The notes below the pieces were generated by a model. The model worked only from the letters and a program-made list of their open reading frames with translations, made no database searches and had not been told where the DNA came from. From positions 62,001 to 126,000 of the forward strand of contig JAANOX010000230.1 of the NCBI GenBank assembly GCA_020184695.1: DNA of 64,000 bases, written 5' to 3'. Within the stretch, counting starts at the first letter, position 1. The number at the start of each line of letters is the position of its first letter. The DNA is from Histomonas meleagridis 2922-C6/04-290x. Taxonomy: Eukaryota; Protista; Parabasalia. A program made the position numbers and the translations under genes. Positions 1 through 12,280 of this stretch are shown here, piece after piece.

Positions 1-1
1 G

Positions 2-244
2 TATGATTTCGAAGTAAAAGAACATCAAATTACTGAAGATATGATGGAGGAATTTGCTCAAAAAAATCAAATTACAATATCTTTTGAGACATCAGCTAAA
101 ATTGATCTTAATGTTAAAGATCTTTTCCAGTCTGTTGCCAAAGAAATTATCAGTGCTAGCACAAAAATTGAAGCAAAGACGAATACTGTTGAAATTACAT
201 CTGTTGAGAAACCTAAAAAAAACAAATCCTGTTGTAAACAATAA
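2..244 (+). CDS. Rab-family small GTPase, C-terminal part (5' end outside window)
   Basis: Frame is open from base 2 (YDFEVKEHQITED...). G5 motif FETSAK, hypervariable tail and C-terminal CC prenylation motif (SCCKQ). Confidence 0.85.
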   Translation, partial: YDFEVKEHQITEDMMEEFAQKNQITISFETSAKIDLNVKDLFQSVAKEIISASTKIEAKTNTVEITSVEKPKKNKSCCKQ

Positions 245-569
245 ATATTTTTTTTTTTATAATAAAAATGACTTTTTTCTTTGAACCAATAATTTTGATA
301 ATATTAACTTCAATTTTTCTCGTATTTTCAAAACAATGTATTAATTTTAATTGATTGAAAATTATTATCTTTATCACAAATTTTAATTTGGCCAAGCAAA
401 TTTAATGAAATTCTTTGACATTGATGTCAACTATTTTTTACCATTGCATATCTCGATGTCTTTGATGAAAATAAATAATTGTTACGAGTTATTTGACAAG
501 GTTTGTTTGAAGACATGTGTCCTGTGCGAAAGACGTTAATCAGATATATTTAACGTTCGTCTTAGATTT

Positions 570-2006
570 ATGTCCGAGCTTGGCAAATATGATAAGCCAA
601 AAAATCGGATAGATATATCAAGGAAACGCTCATTTTCAATGTATAATGGGCATGCTCACAAAAATACTACAATCAATTTACAGAATTTCAAAATTGGTCC
701 AAAAAATAACAGAATTTTTAGATCAACATCAACAAATCAAAAAAATAGTCTATGCACAAAAATATATGACACACCGATTGAAAACTTAATACTGCAAGCA
801 AATTATGTTTTTGATTTCAAAATTTTATTAAGACCAAACTTAAACAAAATGATAATATCTCGTTTTCAAAAAGAGGTAGAAAGGAAGGAAAGCGTTTTAA
901 ATGTTTTGAAGAAAAAGCTCAAAACTAAGGAAGCTGTTGATTTTTTATCACCTTCACAAATTCAAGCGCTTTTACACATGATTGAAATCAACATTATTCA
1001 CGATACCTCAGTTGAGCAAAATGAACATTCAATTAAACAGATATTACTTTGTCATAAAATCTTCACAAATTTGTTGTTTTTATGCGACCATGAAAAAATT
1101 GTCACATACCTTCAAAAACAGTTTTCACGAAACATAGTCGAAATTCTAGCAACGCCAAACAAAGAAGAACAAGATGCAACATTGAAAACGATAAATGCCA
1201 TCTATGGAAGAATTCCATCACATCGGTCTGTTATTCTGGCCACGCTTGTGCATATGATTTGTTGTTATATATCAGATATGATTACAGTTAATTGTGTTAA
1301 TCCAATTTTAATTTTTTTTGACACTTATTTCCGTTCTTTTCAAAGGACAATCAGTAAGACGTTCATCAACTTGTTCAAGCAAAACATTTTCCCACTTTTT
1401 AACACAAAAGATCTTGAAGTTTTTTTTGAAAATTTATCCAAGGTCACTGTTTTTTTGTGTTCAAAGGACTCAGACCTAATTCAATGGTGTACAACTTACT
1501 TAATGAAACATTGGCCAATCTGTAACCCCAATAAAATTGTTGATTTCTTGAAGATCATATCTCAAATTGGAATTTATTTCAATGTCAAAACCGACGACAC
1601 TTTTCTATCGTCTGTTTTAAAAAAAATTTCAGAATGTATCAGATCAAAGAATGCAAAGATAAGCAAAACAGCATTAGAAATATGTGGGGATCCCAATTAT
1701 GTTGAATTATTTTCAGATCATTATGATATTGTAGTTGAAATCATTGTTCCTGCTATTCAAGATTCATGTAATCATTGGAGTGAAGAAATTTGTGCATTAT
1801 CAAAAAGCGCTATGAAAACAATGGAAAGTAAAAACATTAAAATTCGAAGTTTTGATTCTGGAAATGAAACTTCAAAAGAAGAAGAAGAAGAATATAAAAA
1901 GAATTGGGAAATCATCTTTAATCAGGCAAAAGAATTTTTCCCAAATATTACATTTGCTGATCCATCTGCAGAGTATGCATGTATTCAGCAAAAAAGTTGT
2001 TTTTAA
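570..2006 (+). CDS. Protein phosphatase 2A regulatory subunit B56 (B') family
   Basis: B56-like segments TINAIYGRIPSHRSVI, YLMKHWPICNPNK and CNHWSEEI; 478 aa HEAT-like helical protein. Confidence 0.8.
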   Translation: MSELGKYDKPKNRIDISRKRSFSMYNGHAHKNTTINLQNFKIGPKNNRIFRSTSTNQKNSLCTKIYDTPIENLILQANYVFDFKILLRPNLNKMIISRFQKEVERKESVLNVLKKKLKTKEAVDFLSPSQIQALLHMIEINIIHDTSVEQNEHSIKQILLCHKIFTNLLFLCDHEKIVTYLQKQFSRNIVEILATPNKEEQDATLKTINAIYGRIPSHRSVILATLVHMICCYISDMITVNCVNPILIFFDTYFRSFQRTISKTFINLFKQNIFPLFNTKDLEVFFENLSKVTVFLCSKDSDLIQWCTTYLMKHWPICNPNKIVDFLKIISQIGIYFNVKTDDTFLSSVLKKISECIRSKNAKISKTALEICGDPNYVELFSDHYDIVVEIIVPAIQDSCNHWSEEICALSKSAMKTMESKNIKIRSFDSGNETSKEEEEEYKKNWEIIFNQAKEFFPNITFADPSAEYACIQQKSCF

Positions 2007-2180
2007 CATTTTGTTTTTAATAAATTTTGTTATGTTAAAAGTTTCTTCTTTTGGTGTTTAACGATAAACTATTCAATTATACAAATAAACTTATCAAAAT
2101 GAGTTTTTAAAAGAAAAGTGTAAATGAGCGACACTTTTTTGGCGCTGGTCATCCTTATCAAAAAGTGGTATATTTATACA

Positions 2181-2783
2181 ATGTCGAGTGGTTCAGAGAA
2201 TGCGAGCCCGCCGCCAGAGGACAAGCCGGATACCAATAAAGATGAAGATCCACCACAAAATTATTGTCTTTATGTTGGCAACATCAATTACAAAACAACA
2301 GAAGAACAATTAAAGGAAAGATTTTCTCAAATTGGAACAATTTCGAATGTCCAAATCCCCACCCACAGAGGTGCTTCGGCCGGTTATGCTTTTGTTGACG
2401 TTCCTGATAAGGAAGTTGCATTGAAAATAATTGATGAATTAAACAAAACAGAATTTGATGGCCGACGTATAACTGTTGAATTCTCTGAAAAAAATGGAGA
2501 CCGAAGAAGAAGCCGACGTAGGAGCAGATACCACGATGACAGGCGACATGAAAGACGTCATAGTTATGACGATTACTATTCACCACCACCTCGAAGATCA
2601 CGCGATAGGTACCATGATGACTACTCTCGCTCAAGGAGGAGTCGTGGAGGATATGATGACTATTCTCCACCACCAAGAAGAAGTTATGATTATGATGACT
2701 ATTCTCCACCACCTCGAAGATCACGTGATAGGCGCAGCTCACCACCAAGAAGGAGTCGTGGAAGGTATAGTGATCGAAGATGA
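2181..2783 (+). CDS. SR-like RRM RNA-binding protein
   Basis: RNP2 LYVGNI and RNP1 GYAFVDV, followed by an Arg/Ser-rich tail with DDYSPPPRRS repeats. Likely start is the ATG at 2181. Confidence 0.85.
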   Translation: MSSGSENASPPPEDKPDTNKDEDPPQNYCLYVGNINYKTTEEQLKERFSQIGTISNVQIPTHRGASAGYAFVDVPDKEVALKIIDELNKTEFDGRRITVEFSEKNGDRRRSRRRSRYHDDRRHERRHSYDDYYSPPPRRSRDRYHDDYSRSRRSRGGYDDYSPPPRRSYDYDDYSPPPRRSRDRRSSPPRRSRGRYSDRR

Positions 2784-3423
2784 ATTAAAACTTAACAATA
2801 AATACAATATTGTAATGTTCCGAAATCATTTCATTTTTAATCATTGAGAGACTGAATAATTATCGTACGACAAAGTCTTTAAATAAAAATTATATTACAC
2901 TTAAAAAAAATTATTCAAATGAGATACAATCATTAGATTCTAATGAATGGATTAATAAAATTCCTTAAAAATATTATTTTATAGATATTTGAGCATTTCA
3001 TTATCATCACATATGAGGAATAACAAACAAATATTTTGATTTTCAAAAATTAAATTAATTTCTATTTCGCTATTTTGTTAGATATACTTATATATTTATT
3101 TAAGTGTAGACTCATATAAGTTTCCCGAAAATTCTCAATTCCAAATCATTATCTAAACCAAAATTATAATAACAGTCAAAAAATCCACATTTTAATTAAG
3201 TATGCAAATTGCTTGTCGTTCCCTCTTAACTTTCCTTTTTTCTCTGAACCTTTTGGAAAACAAACTTTTTGAACGAATTCGTCACCATTAAAATCGATAG
3301 TCCAAGATTTTACAAACGAAATAACCTTTGAAATTCACTTGAAAAAGTTTCGGTGTTACAGAGCGGTGGCATTATTTTTGTACCCCACTTCCACTCCGAA
3401 CCCTACCACAACAAATCAAAAAA

Positions 3424-4245
3424 ATGGCATATCAAAAAGGATTTTATAAATTCGATCCTGCACAACAAGGAGCATATCACCAAACACAAAACAATCAAGC
3501 ACAGACAAACCAACAAATAATGCAACAAGGATTATTACTGATCCAACAAGGAGTGCAATTAACTCAACAAGGAATACAAGCAGTCCAACAAAAAATTCAC
3601 TTTATTCAACAAGAAATGCAGCTTTTTCAACAAAATATGATAAAACCTCAAGAAATGCAAAACTTTCAAAAGGAAATGGAATACCTACAACAAGAGATGG
3701 AAAGTCTTCAAAATGAAATGCATTATCTTCAACAAGGTACACATTTTGTTCAGCTAGATATACAAAATATCCCACAAGAGACAATAAATTCCCAAACAGT
3801 AGCTAATCAAAAAGCAACTAATAGCTCGCCTACAAAAGCATCTCATGGTAAATTAGAAATAGAATCCAAAATTGGATATCAATTTAAAAACAAAGGATAT
3901 CTTAGGTGCGCATTAGCACGCTCAATTGAACTTCAACCTGAACGCAAACGAATGGTTTTTATTGGGTCATCTTTAATATCTTTTAGTGTTACCGAATTTC
4001 TTTTTAATAAATTTCCAGAATCCAAAGAAGGCGATTTGACGAGCATCCGCGGTAATTTGATCAGCCAAGATACACTTCAAAGGTTTTCTATTCAATTAGG
4101 CATCAATAAATTTAGCAAACAAAGTTCCCCATCAGGTTTGGTAAAGACACTTAAAGCGATTGTTGCTGCAATTTACATTGATGGTGGAATAGAGTCAGCA
4201 AATTGCTTTGTAAAGAATTTAATACAAAGCGAATTTACCATTTAA
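3424..4245 (+). CDS. RNase III-domain protein with Gln-rich N-terminus, predicted catalytically inactive
   Basis: LESKIGYQFKNK, RMVFIGSS (signature ERLEFLGD), FPESKEGDLTSIR and KAIVAAIYIDGG match the RNase III fold, but the acidic metal ligands are replaced. No dsRBD. Confidence 0.75.
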   Translation: MAYQKGFYKFDPAQQGAYHQTQNNQAQTNQQIMQQGLLLIQQGVQLTQQGIQAVQQKIHFIQQEMQLFQQNMIKPQEMQNFQKEMEYLQQEMESLQNEMHYLQQGTHFVQLDIQNIPQETINSQTVANQKATNSSPTKASHGKLEIESKIGYQFKNKGYLRCALARSIELQPERKRMVFIGSSLISFSVTEFLFNKFPESKEGDLTSIRGNLISQDTLQRFSIQLGINKFSKQSSPSGLVKTLKAIVAAIYIDGGIESANCFVKNLIQSEFTI

Positions 4246-4254
4246 CGTACAAAT

Positions 4255-4327
4255 ATTTTCAAACGACGATAGAACTTTTTGAGAGAACGTTTCTCATTAG
4301 AATCATCCTCTATCGTCTTTGGAAAAT
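4255..4327. other. Nested inverted repeat (hairpin) just after the RNase III-like stop codon
   Basis: GACGATAGA (4265-4273) pairs with TCTATCGTC (4309-4317); inner near-palindrome TGAGAGAACGTTTCTCA (4280-4296); outer TTTTC/GAAAA extension. Confidence 0.6.
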
Positions 4328-5236
4328 TAAATTTTATGAATTTTATTTTATTTGTTAATATAATACAAAACCATCTGATGTTTTATATATTTCATCATTC
4401 ACAAATTATTAGTGATCAATTTGTATATTGGAAACCTTTGTAACGACCGTTAAATATTGTCAAAAATTCTAATTGAATGCTTTACAATGACTTTTTGATA
4501 TAAAAGTAACTTTTTCATATTAATATGATAAATCGATCTTTTTAAAGAAAGTAATATTTACATAAGATGTTTATATAAGTATCTTAAATTAATTTAAAAA
4601 GATATTTAAATTTTACAATATCTAAAATTTAAATTAATAATTAATAAATATTTATATAGATATCTAAAAATAATTAATAACAAAAATATATATTCTTATA
4701 TCTTAAATTTGTTTTAAGATATTAATTTTTATATATATTTGGGTATCAATAAAATATTACTAATTTTTAATTTTTTTCGAACTGTGCAAAATAACTCTGT
4801 AAATTTATTTAGTAAATATTCCTCTTTTATTTTTCATATTTTATCATTTCAAACCAAATAATTCACACAGGTAATGCACAAATTGCGTTATCTCGATTAT
4901 TGTTAAAATCAGTTCAAAATTTCTAATTTAACTACTTATTTCTCCCATTCGAATGCCAACTTTTATTCATTCATATGAAATTTAAGTTTTAATGCTCTAT
5001 ATGAAACTTTTTAGAAGATGAAGTGTAAAATATTTTCGAAAGCATTATAATAATCAAATTCAAATGTTTTACAATTGCGATTAAAGATTCTGTAAATTAA
5101 TTCTTTTAGTATCGAACCATGAAATGCATTTGATTCCATTATCCAAATTTATTCTCACTAAATTTGTACATTTACATAAATTATTTCATGTTAACCATCA
5201 GTAATCATATTAAACATGACAACTTTCAATAGATAA

Positions 5237-6964
5237 TTTAATTACACTAAAATGTTCATGATTCGCATTTGGGTAAAATTATGAAAATGTTTGGATTCAA
5301 ATTCCATAAAATTCTCATTAATTACATAAAATTTCATTCTGTTTGTGCATTGTTTTGTTTACTTGTTTACTTGTTTACTTACTTATGCAACTTTCACGTC
5401 GACTTTCACACGACCATCTTCTGATGTCGTAAATGTAACAATCGCTTTAACGAATTCTGATTCCCATTCATGAACTTTCTTCTTCAGTTCTTCCAATGTA
5501 CTTTCAACTTGACTCATATTCGATGGTGCAGAAACGTCAACAATAACAAATTGTGAAATCGCATCCATAGAATGATTAATTGGAATTTTTCATATTGTTC
5601 TTCTTTTGGCGTTGATTCTTGTTCTTATTATTATTTTTATCTTTCTTCAAACTTGCTATAAGTTTCTCGGCTTCTTTATTAGAACGTTTCGTGTGTTGAA
5701 CATTTTGTTGTTGTTTGTTCTCTTTATGCTGCGGATGTCCTTGCATTCCTTCAAGATATGTAATAAGTGATTTACCTGCTGCAATCTCTTTTTGATGTGG
5801 ATTTTCACGTTCTTTAATTTCTCCAATAAGTTTTTGACCTTCAAGAATTTGTAACATAGTACGTTCTGCTTCACGATAAATAACATCACGTTCATAATGA
5901 ATATCTGTGATTTGATTAAGTTTGTTTCGATATTCTTTAAGTAATTTACGATATTCATTTTTGGTCTTTACCTCGTTCTCCATTAATTCCATTTAATTCT
6001 TCACGAAGTTCTTTGATTTTATTATAATAAACTTGCACTTGATTATTATATTTCTTGGTTTCTTCACGAAGTGAATCAAGTTGTGTTCGTGTACTATTTC
6101 GTTTTTTTTATAATTCTCTAATTTGTGTTTGAACTTTCTTCTTTTCTTCATAAAGTTGATTAACACGTTTACGACAGTCATCATCTTCTTTAATAAGTTT
6201 ATCAGCACTTACTAACTCTTTTCATGACTGTGAAGATTCGGTCCCGTTCTGATCTTAATTTACGAAGTTGTGGGGATGTTAACGTTTCAACTTCAATACG
6301 ATGCTCAATTTGATCGATTTTTCGCAAGCGCTTCTTCCTGATTCTTAATACCTGATTTAGAACGAATGTCTCGAAGTTGAACTTGAAGTTTACTATGTTT
6401 ATCATTGTTTTCTTGAATGTCTTTCTCGATTTGTGATTTCTTTTCATAAAGTTCATTAAGACTACTTTGAATTTGATTAAGTGCATTAGGTGCTATACCT
6501 GAATGTTTACTAACATACGAATCTCGTTTAGCATACTCTTCATCAATCATATGACGATATGTATCAATATTACCTTTGATTTGATTAATACGTTTTTCAA
6601 GTTTTTCTAACTTAAGTGTATGATCTTTTTCTGAAGGTGCAACTGCTTCGCCAAGTTCATGAAGTTTTTCATTAAGTTCTTTAATCTTTTCACTTTGAAC
6701 TTCATTTAATTTAATTTGATCAATTGGTGTACGAAGTTGAATCCTTGGTCGACGTGGTTGTTGTGTTGGTTTATCTTCTTGTGTTGAACGTTTCTTATTA
6801 TTAACATTGTTGTTATTGTTGTTGGTAGAACGTCTTTCTTTGTTGTTAAATCCTTGCTTCCTTTGTTGTGTTTTTACTTTGGAATCCATAAGGTAAAAAG
6901 TAAAGCTATCTGGCCAAACTGTCAATAAGCGTTCAATTGTGGAAAAGTGTCATGTCGGTTAATG
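5237..6964 (-). repeat. Segmental duplication copy A (~1.7 kb) carrying the Bfr1-like gene
   Basis: Near-identical to 13767-15492 in the same orientation and to 8792-10455 inverted. Confidence 0.95.
5383..6889 (-). pseudogene. Bfr1-like coiled-coil protein, copy A, frameshifted (pseudogene or consensus error)
   Basis: Pieces MDSKVKTQQ...EALAK, ...NEYRKLLKEY... and MDAISQF...VKVA lie in different frames, with shifts at homopolymer runs. Bfr1-like motifs HRIEVETLT, PHQKEIAAGKSLITYL and VDVSAPSNMSQVESTLEELKKK. Confidence 0.75.
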
Positions 6965-7249
6965 AGGCAAAAACCGAATGTATGACAATGTCATTTTTTG
7001 AAATCTTTTTAATAATGAAATTTTTAATAATTGGCAAATCTTACCTCTTATTCTCACACACGCATAAATTCTTATTCATGACTTAATGTTTGAACCAAGA
7101 AAAGAATCCCTTACGTTTTCTTAGAATAAACATTTATTTATGAAGAATAAACAGATATAAGTAATGATCTCAAATATTATGAAAAATCAGAAAAATTGGT
7201 TGCTTTATAAAGAAATGTAATAAATGTGCCACTTTTTAATAAAATTAAT

Positions 7250-8121
7250 AAGTACGAATTTGATTGAAGTAAGACGACATTCAATATTGATAGCCATATA
7301 AATAATTAAAAAGTTAAAGCTAATTTCACTTAGTTCGTACGCCAATATTCAAATTGAAGCAGTCAAATATTGTTCAATCATATTCCAAATTTGGAACATA
7401 TTCAATTAATAAAACATTTGGTTTGTTAATAGATGAATATTTTCTATTAAGTGATAGCTAAACTAATTGATTGAAATCAAAGTTTGTTAGTGCTGATATT
7501 TTTTGAAGTTTCTCGATTTCATCATTTCGAATTATTTGTGATATTTCGTTTTAATTAACACCTTCTATAATATGAAGTTTCCAATCATTATTTGATAGTT
7601 CTTCATTATTATTAAGATTATTTACTTGTGATTGCTGTGAACCGAAATCTCTTTTTTGAAATATTTTTTCATTGAATCATTTTGATTGAACCCAAATGCT
7701 AAATTATTTTGCCGTTTGTTTTCTTCTTTTGCTTTATAATGATAAATATGTTTCGAAATATATAACATGATATATTTATCAGTTAAACGATAAACTGCTA
7801 GTTTTGTTCTATTAGTATTTCAATTGAATAATATTATGATTCTTGTGTGTCCGTTGTAGATATATGTTTGAATAAATATTTTTAAATCCGTATAACTATA
7901 TTTTGATTAATTTTTATATCTTCCGTTTAAAGTGTCTATAAATAGATATCAAATTCACGATTTGATGATAACAATTCATTATATACTATGTCACTTATAA
8001 TAACATTAAATGTATTAAGAAAATTTGAATCAAAAAATCTAAATACTATCTTAATCGATGCCTCGGAATTTTTTTCAGTCAAAATGATTATAGATTTTTC
8101 AAATCCAATTAAAAATTTCAA
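7250..8121 (-). pseudogene. Decayed DUF3447-type ankyrin-family gene
   Basis: Minus-strand translation HIIEGVN*NEISQIIRNDEIEKLQKISALTNFDFNQLV*... parallels EGVNPNVISKIIRNDEIDKLQEMSSQSNFDFNQ of the 49043 gene, with stop codons. Boundaries approximate. Confidence 0.65.
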
Positions 8122-8291
8122 GCAGAAGTTACTTTAATCAATAATATAATCAAGAAAGAAAACATGAGCAAACAAAACACGGAAGTAGTCATTTAAAATC
8201 AATATAAGATATAATGATATGATATACAAAAATTGTTTCTGAATCACAAATATTTCTCAATTCAATTTGCATTCAAATTTCGGCACAACGG

Positions 8292-8324
8292 TCGTTTGCC
8301 GGCAAACGATACCCGGGTATCGTT
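8292..8324. repeat. Two overlapping perfect palindromes (18 bp and 20 bp)
   Basis: TCGTTTGCCGGCAAACGA (8292-8309) and AACGATACCCGGGTATCGTT (8305-8324). Confidence 0.9.
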
Positions 8325-8791
8325 ATGACTATATCCATATTTACAATACAGAAACAAATTATGCTATAATTGTAACAAAGATCCTCCTTGCAAAACATTA
8401 GAAAAAGAATGTTAGATAGAAAAAAACATGCTTAATATTAAGAAAAAAACATAAGAAAATGATGTCAATATTATTCCACAATTAATAATTAACCAGATTG
8501 TTTATTTTGAGAATTCAAAATTGAAGTTATTGATAGAAATGTGATTGATAAAACTATTAAAATCATCAATTTTTTTTTAAGAATATTCGGAAAAGATCAT
8601 AATCTTGATGTCCCTCAAAAATTATAAATTTCCAAGAAATACTAATCACCACATAAAGGTGAAGAATATGTACCATGAAAATTTAGAAAAAAATTTATAC
8701 AATGAAAATTCTTTATTTCAAGAAAAATTCCATATGGATTAGATCAAAAGTGACAACATGATCGTTTTATATTCAATTATTTGGACTGCTC

Positions 8792-10455
8792 CATTAACCG
8801 ACATGACACTTTTCCACAATTGAACGCTTATTGACAGTTTGGCCAGATAGCTTTACTTTTTACCTTATGGATTCCAAAGTAAAAACACAACAAAGGAAGC
8901 AAGGATTTAACAACAAAGAAAGACGTTCTACCAACAACAATAACAACAATGTTAATAATAAGAAACGTTCAACACAAGAAGATAAACCAACACAACAACC
9001 ACGTCGACCAAGGATTCAACTTCGTACACCAATTGATCAAATTAAATTAAATGAAGTTCAAAGTGAAAAGATTAAAGAACTTAATGAAAAACTTCATGAA
9101 CTTGGCGAAGCAGTTGCACCTTCAGAAAAAGATCATACACTTAAGTTAGAAAAACTTGAAAAACGTATTAATCAAATCAAAGGTAATATTGATACATATC
9201 GTCATATGATTGATGAAGAGTATGCTAAACGAGATTCGTATGTTAGTAAACATTCAGGTATAGCACCTAATGCACTTAATCAAATTCAAAGTAGTCTTAA
9301 TGAACTTTATGAAAAGAAATCACAAATCGAGAAAGACATTCAAGAAAACAATGATAAACATAGTAAACTTCAAGTTCAACTTCGAGACATTCGTTCTAAA
9401 TCAGGTATTAAGAATCAGGAAGAAGCGCTTGCGAAAATCGATCAAATTGATCATCGTATTGAAGTTGAAACGTTAACATCCCCACAACTTCGTAAATTAA
9501 TATCAGAACGTGATCGAATTTTCACAGTCATGAAAGAGTTAGTAAGTGCTGATAAACTTATTAAAGAAGATGATGACTGTCGTAAACGTGTTAATCAACT
9601 TTATGAAGAAAAGAAGAAAGTTCAAACACAAATTAGTGAATTATTACAAAAAAACGAAATAGTACACGAACACAACTTGATTCACTTCGTGAAGAAACCA
9701 AGAAATATAATAATCAAGTGCAAGTTTATTATAATAAAATCAAAGAACTTCGTGAAGAATTAAATGGAATTAATGGAGAACGAGGTAAAGAACAAAATGA
9801 ATATCGTAAATTACTTAAAGAATATCGAAACAAACTTAATCAAATCACAGATATTCATTATGAACGTGATGTTATTTATCGTGAAGCAGAACGTACTATG
9901 TTACAAATTCTTGAAGGTCAAAAACTTATTGGAGAAATTAAAGAACGTGAAAATCCACATCAAAAAGAGATTGCAGCAGGTAAATCACTTATTACATATC
10001 TTGAAGGGAATGCAAGGACATCCGCAGCATAAAGAGAACAAACAACAACAAAATGTTCAACACACGAAACGTTCTAATAAAGAAGCCGAGAAACTTATAG
10101 CAAGTTTGAAGAAAGATAAAAATAATAATAAGAACAAGAATCAACGCCAAAAGAAGAACAATATGAAAATTCCAATTAATCATTCTATGGATGCGATTTC
10201 ACAATTTGTTATTGTTGACGTTTCTGCACCATCGAATATGAGTCAAGTTGAAAGTACATTGGAAGAACTGAAGAAGAAAGTTCATGAATGGGAATCAGAA
10301 TTCGTTAAAGCGATTGTTACATTTACGACATCAGAAGATGGTCGTGTGAAAGTCGACGTGAAAGTTGCATAAGTAAGTAAACAAGTAAACAAGTAAACAA
10401 AACAATGCACAAACAGAATGAAATTTTATGTAATTAATGAGAATTTTATGGAATT
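8792..10455 (+). repeat. Segmental duplication copy B (inverted relative to A and C)
   Basis: Reverse complement of 5300-6964. Confidence 0.95.
8867..10372 (+). pseudogene. Bfr1-like coiled-coil protein, copy B, two +1 frameshifts
   Basis: ATG at 8867. An extra A near 9650 and an extra G near 10005 break an otherwise continuous ~500 aa ORF. Confidence 0.75.
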
Positions 10456-12280
10456 AAAATGGCATCGAATCAATGCGTTGCAGATGTTTCAGAACATTAT
10501 TACGCTCGATACTAAATTGTTTTTTCTTCATATTAATCTGGTACCCGAAGCAAATAATTGTTGTGCAAGTAGTGACACAATATCTTTCTGAGTGTTCAAC
10601 ATTTGTAAGCAAACTTTTGCGATTCCATACTCTGTAATTATTGAAAGTTCGATCTAAGCTGCTGACAAAAATTTGATTGTGTCTTGGGGTATGGATTTTA
10701 TTCTAACAAATTCTAATATATATTTTAGAGAATTGCTAAATAAACAATTCAGATTATAATATCCTTTGGTTGAATATTCTATGATTGATGAAATATACTA
10801 AAATGTTTTTGTGATTTTGAAAAAGCCTTAATGCATAATTAAATTCGATTTTTTCCTGGTAAAGTTCAACTATTCCGTTGTTTCCCTTCTCTTTTATTAA
10901 AAAATAAATATATGATGGTGTTTTTAATATATTTGTTCTTTAGATATTTAATAAATCTCTTTCATATGTAAAAGATTATTATATATTATTATAATATTCA
11001 AAATTGTAAAATTAAATAAATCTCATAATATTCACTCATATTTAAATAGAAATATACTTGTCAAGTTTATAACTTAATAAATCCGATTGACAAAATTAAT
11101 TTCGACAAAATGGTTATGGTTTACGCGTTTTTTATTCTGCAGTGATAATAACGGATGTTATTGAAACATTAAACGGTTTCGAATTTTGATTGTTTATACA
11201 AAAAGTGGAAATCTTTTTTTTAACATGAGGTTACAAACGTAATTTTGCGTATTTTTGGATATTACATCAGCAGATTATCGACTTTACGTATGCAAGGAAT
11301 CATAAAAAAATTATTTGTTATTCTATGAAAAATAACATTTTTTCAATTTTTTAAATCAAGCAAAAACGTATTCGAATTTTCACTAAAACATAAATCTCAT
11401 CATATGTACACATCAGGCGGTTATAAATTTTTATCAAAAAATATCAACATTTTTTGAATCATCACATATTATCAAAAAAAAAATTTACATATTATCCAAC
11501 ACTATCCAAATTTACACCTGCTATACATGCATGGTTTTTAATATTTAAAAATTAAAATGTTTATATGTGGAAAAAAATTCATTTTTTTCAAATTTATCCA
11601 AAAACACCGACATTTCATTCATTAACATTTTCATATGTAGATGATATTTTTAAATAAAACCAAGGCCATTTAAACCATCTTTTCCTGTAGAATAATTTTT
11701 AATTTAACGAGAAAATTTATGCACCAAGCTATCATTATCATGTTGAATGATTTAATGAAAATTGCATATTTCTCGAACATTTCTTGATATAATAATAGTT
11801 AATTGATATCTTTATGAATGGCTATATAATATAAATTTAATGGAAGTGTTTAACTGAGTTTTCTTCAAAATTTAATTTTTGTAAATTATTATCATTTTTC
11901 TTATGAAGGAATTTTTTGATCAAGAATTCCCATTTAATAGATTTTATATAAAGAAACTGATCTAGTTATATTAAAAAGCTATATCAAAATTTATTGTCGT
12001 TTTTATAACACTTACGATCTCCTTATTTTTCCAAATTTGTTGTTTAAATGTTAAAAAAACAATGAAACTTCAATCATTTTTAATTAGAAATTCTCATGAA
12101 TTAAATAAATCTTTATCAAAACATTCGCATTCCAATCAAATTCATAGAAATGTTCACATTAATTCAAAACAGTGAATGCTGTTAACAATTTCCGGTGACT
12201 TTCTCGCAAAAAATAATGACTTACTTCATACTTCACTTAGAAAATGATGATGTGATTAAATTGACTTCACATTTATACTA

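Noticed and set aside
2284-2748. Antisense or alternate-frame ORFs over low-complexity genes (also 21637-22169, 34448-34726, 55592-55915)
   Set aside because: Shadows of repetitive or biased coding sequence on the real strand; no independent motifs.
8831-8866. TTG-initiated N-terminal extension MTVWPDSFTFYL on the Bfr1-like copies (similar extensions at 30414, 41059, 45010, 54551)
   Set aside because: ORF-finder alternative starts; a downstream ATG fits eukaryotic initiation and the family N-termini.
5300-10455. Inverted copies A and B as a simple long-read fold-back chimera
   Set aside because: The 1.8-kb spacer is not palindromic and a third copy has different endpoints; a general misassembly is still possible.
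10460-10720. Protein-like minus-strand fragment next to the copy B breakpoint
   Set aside because: Several stops and no recognisable family; too weak to call a pseudogene without a search.
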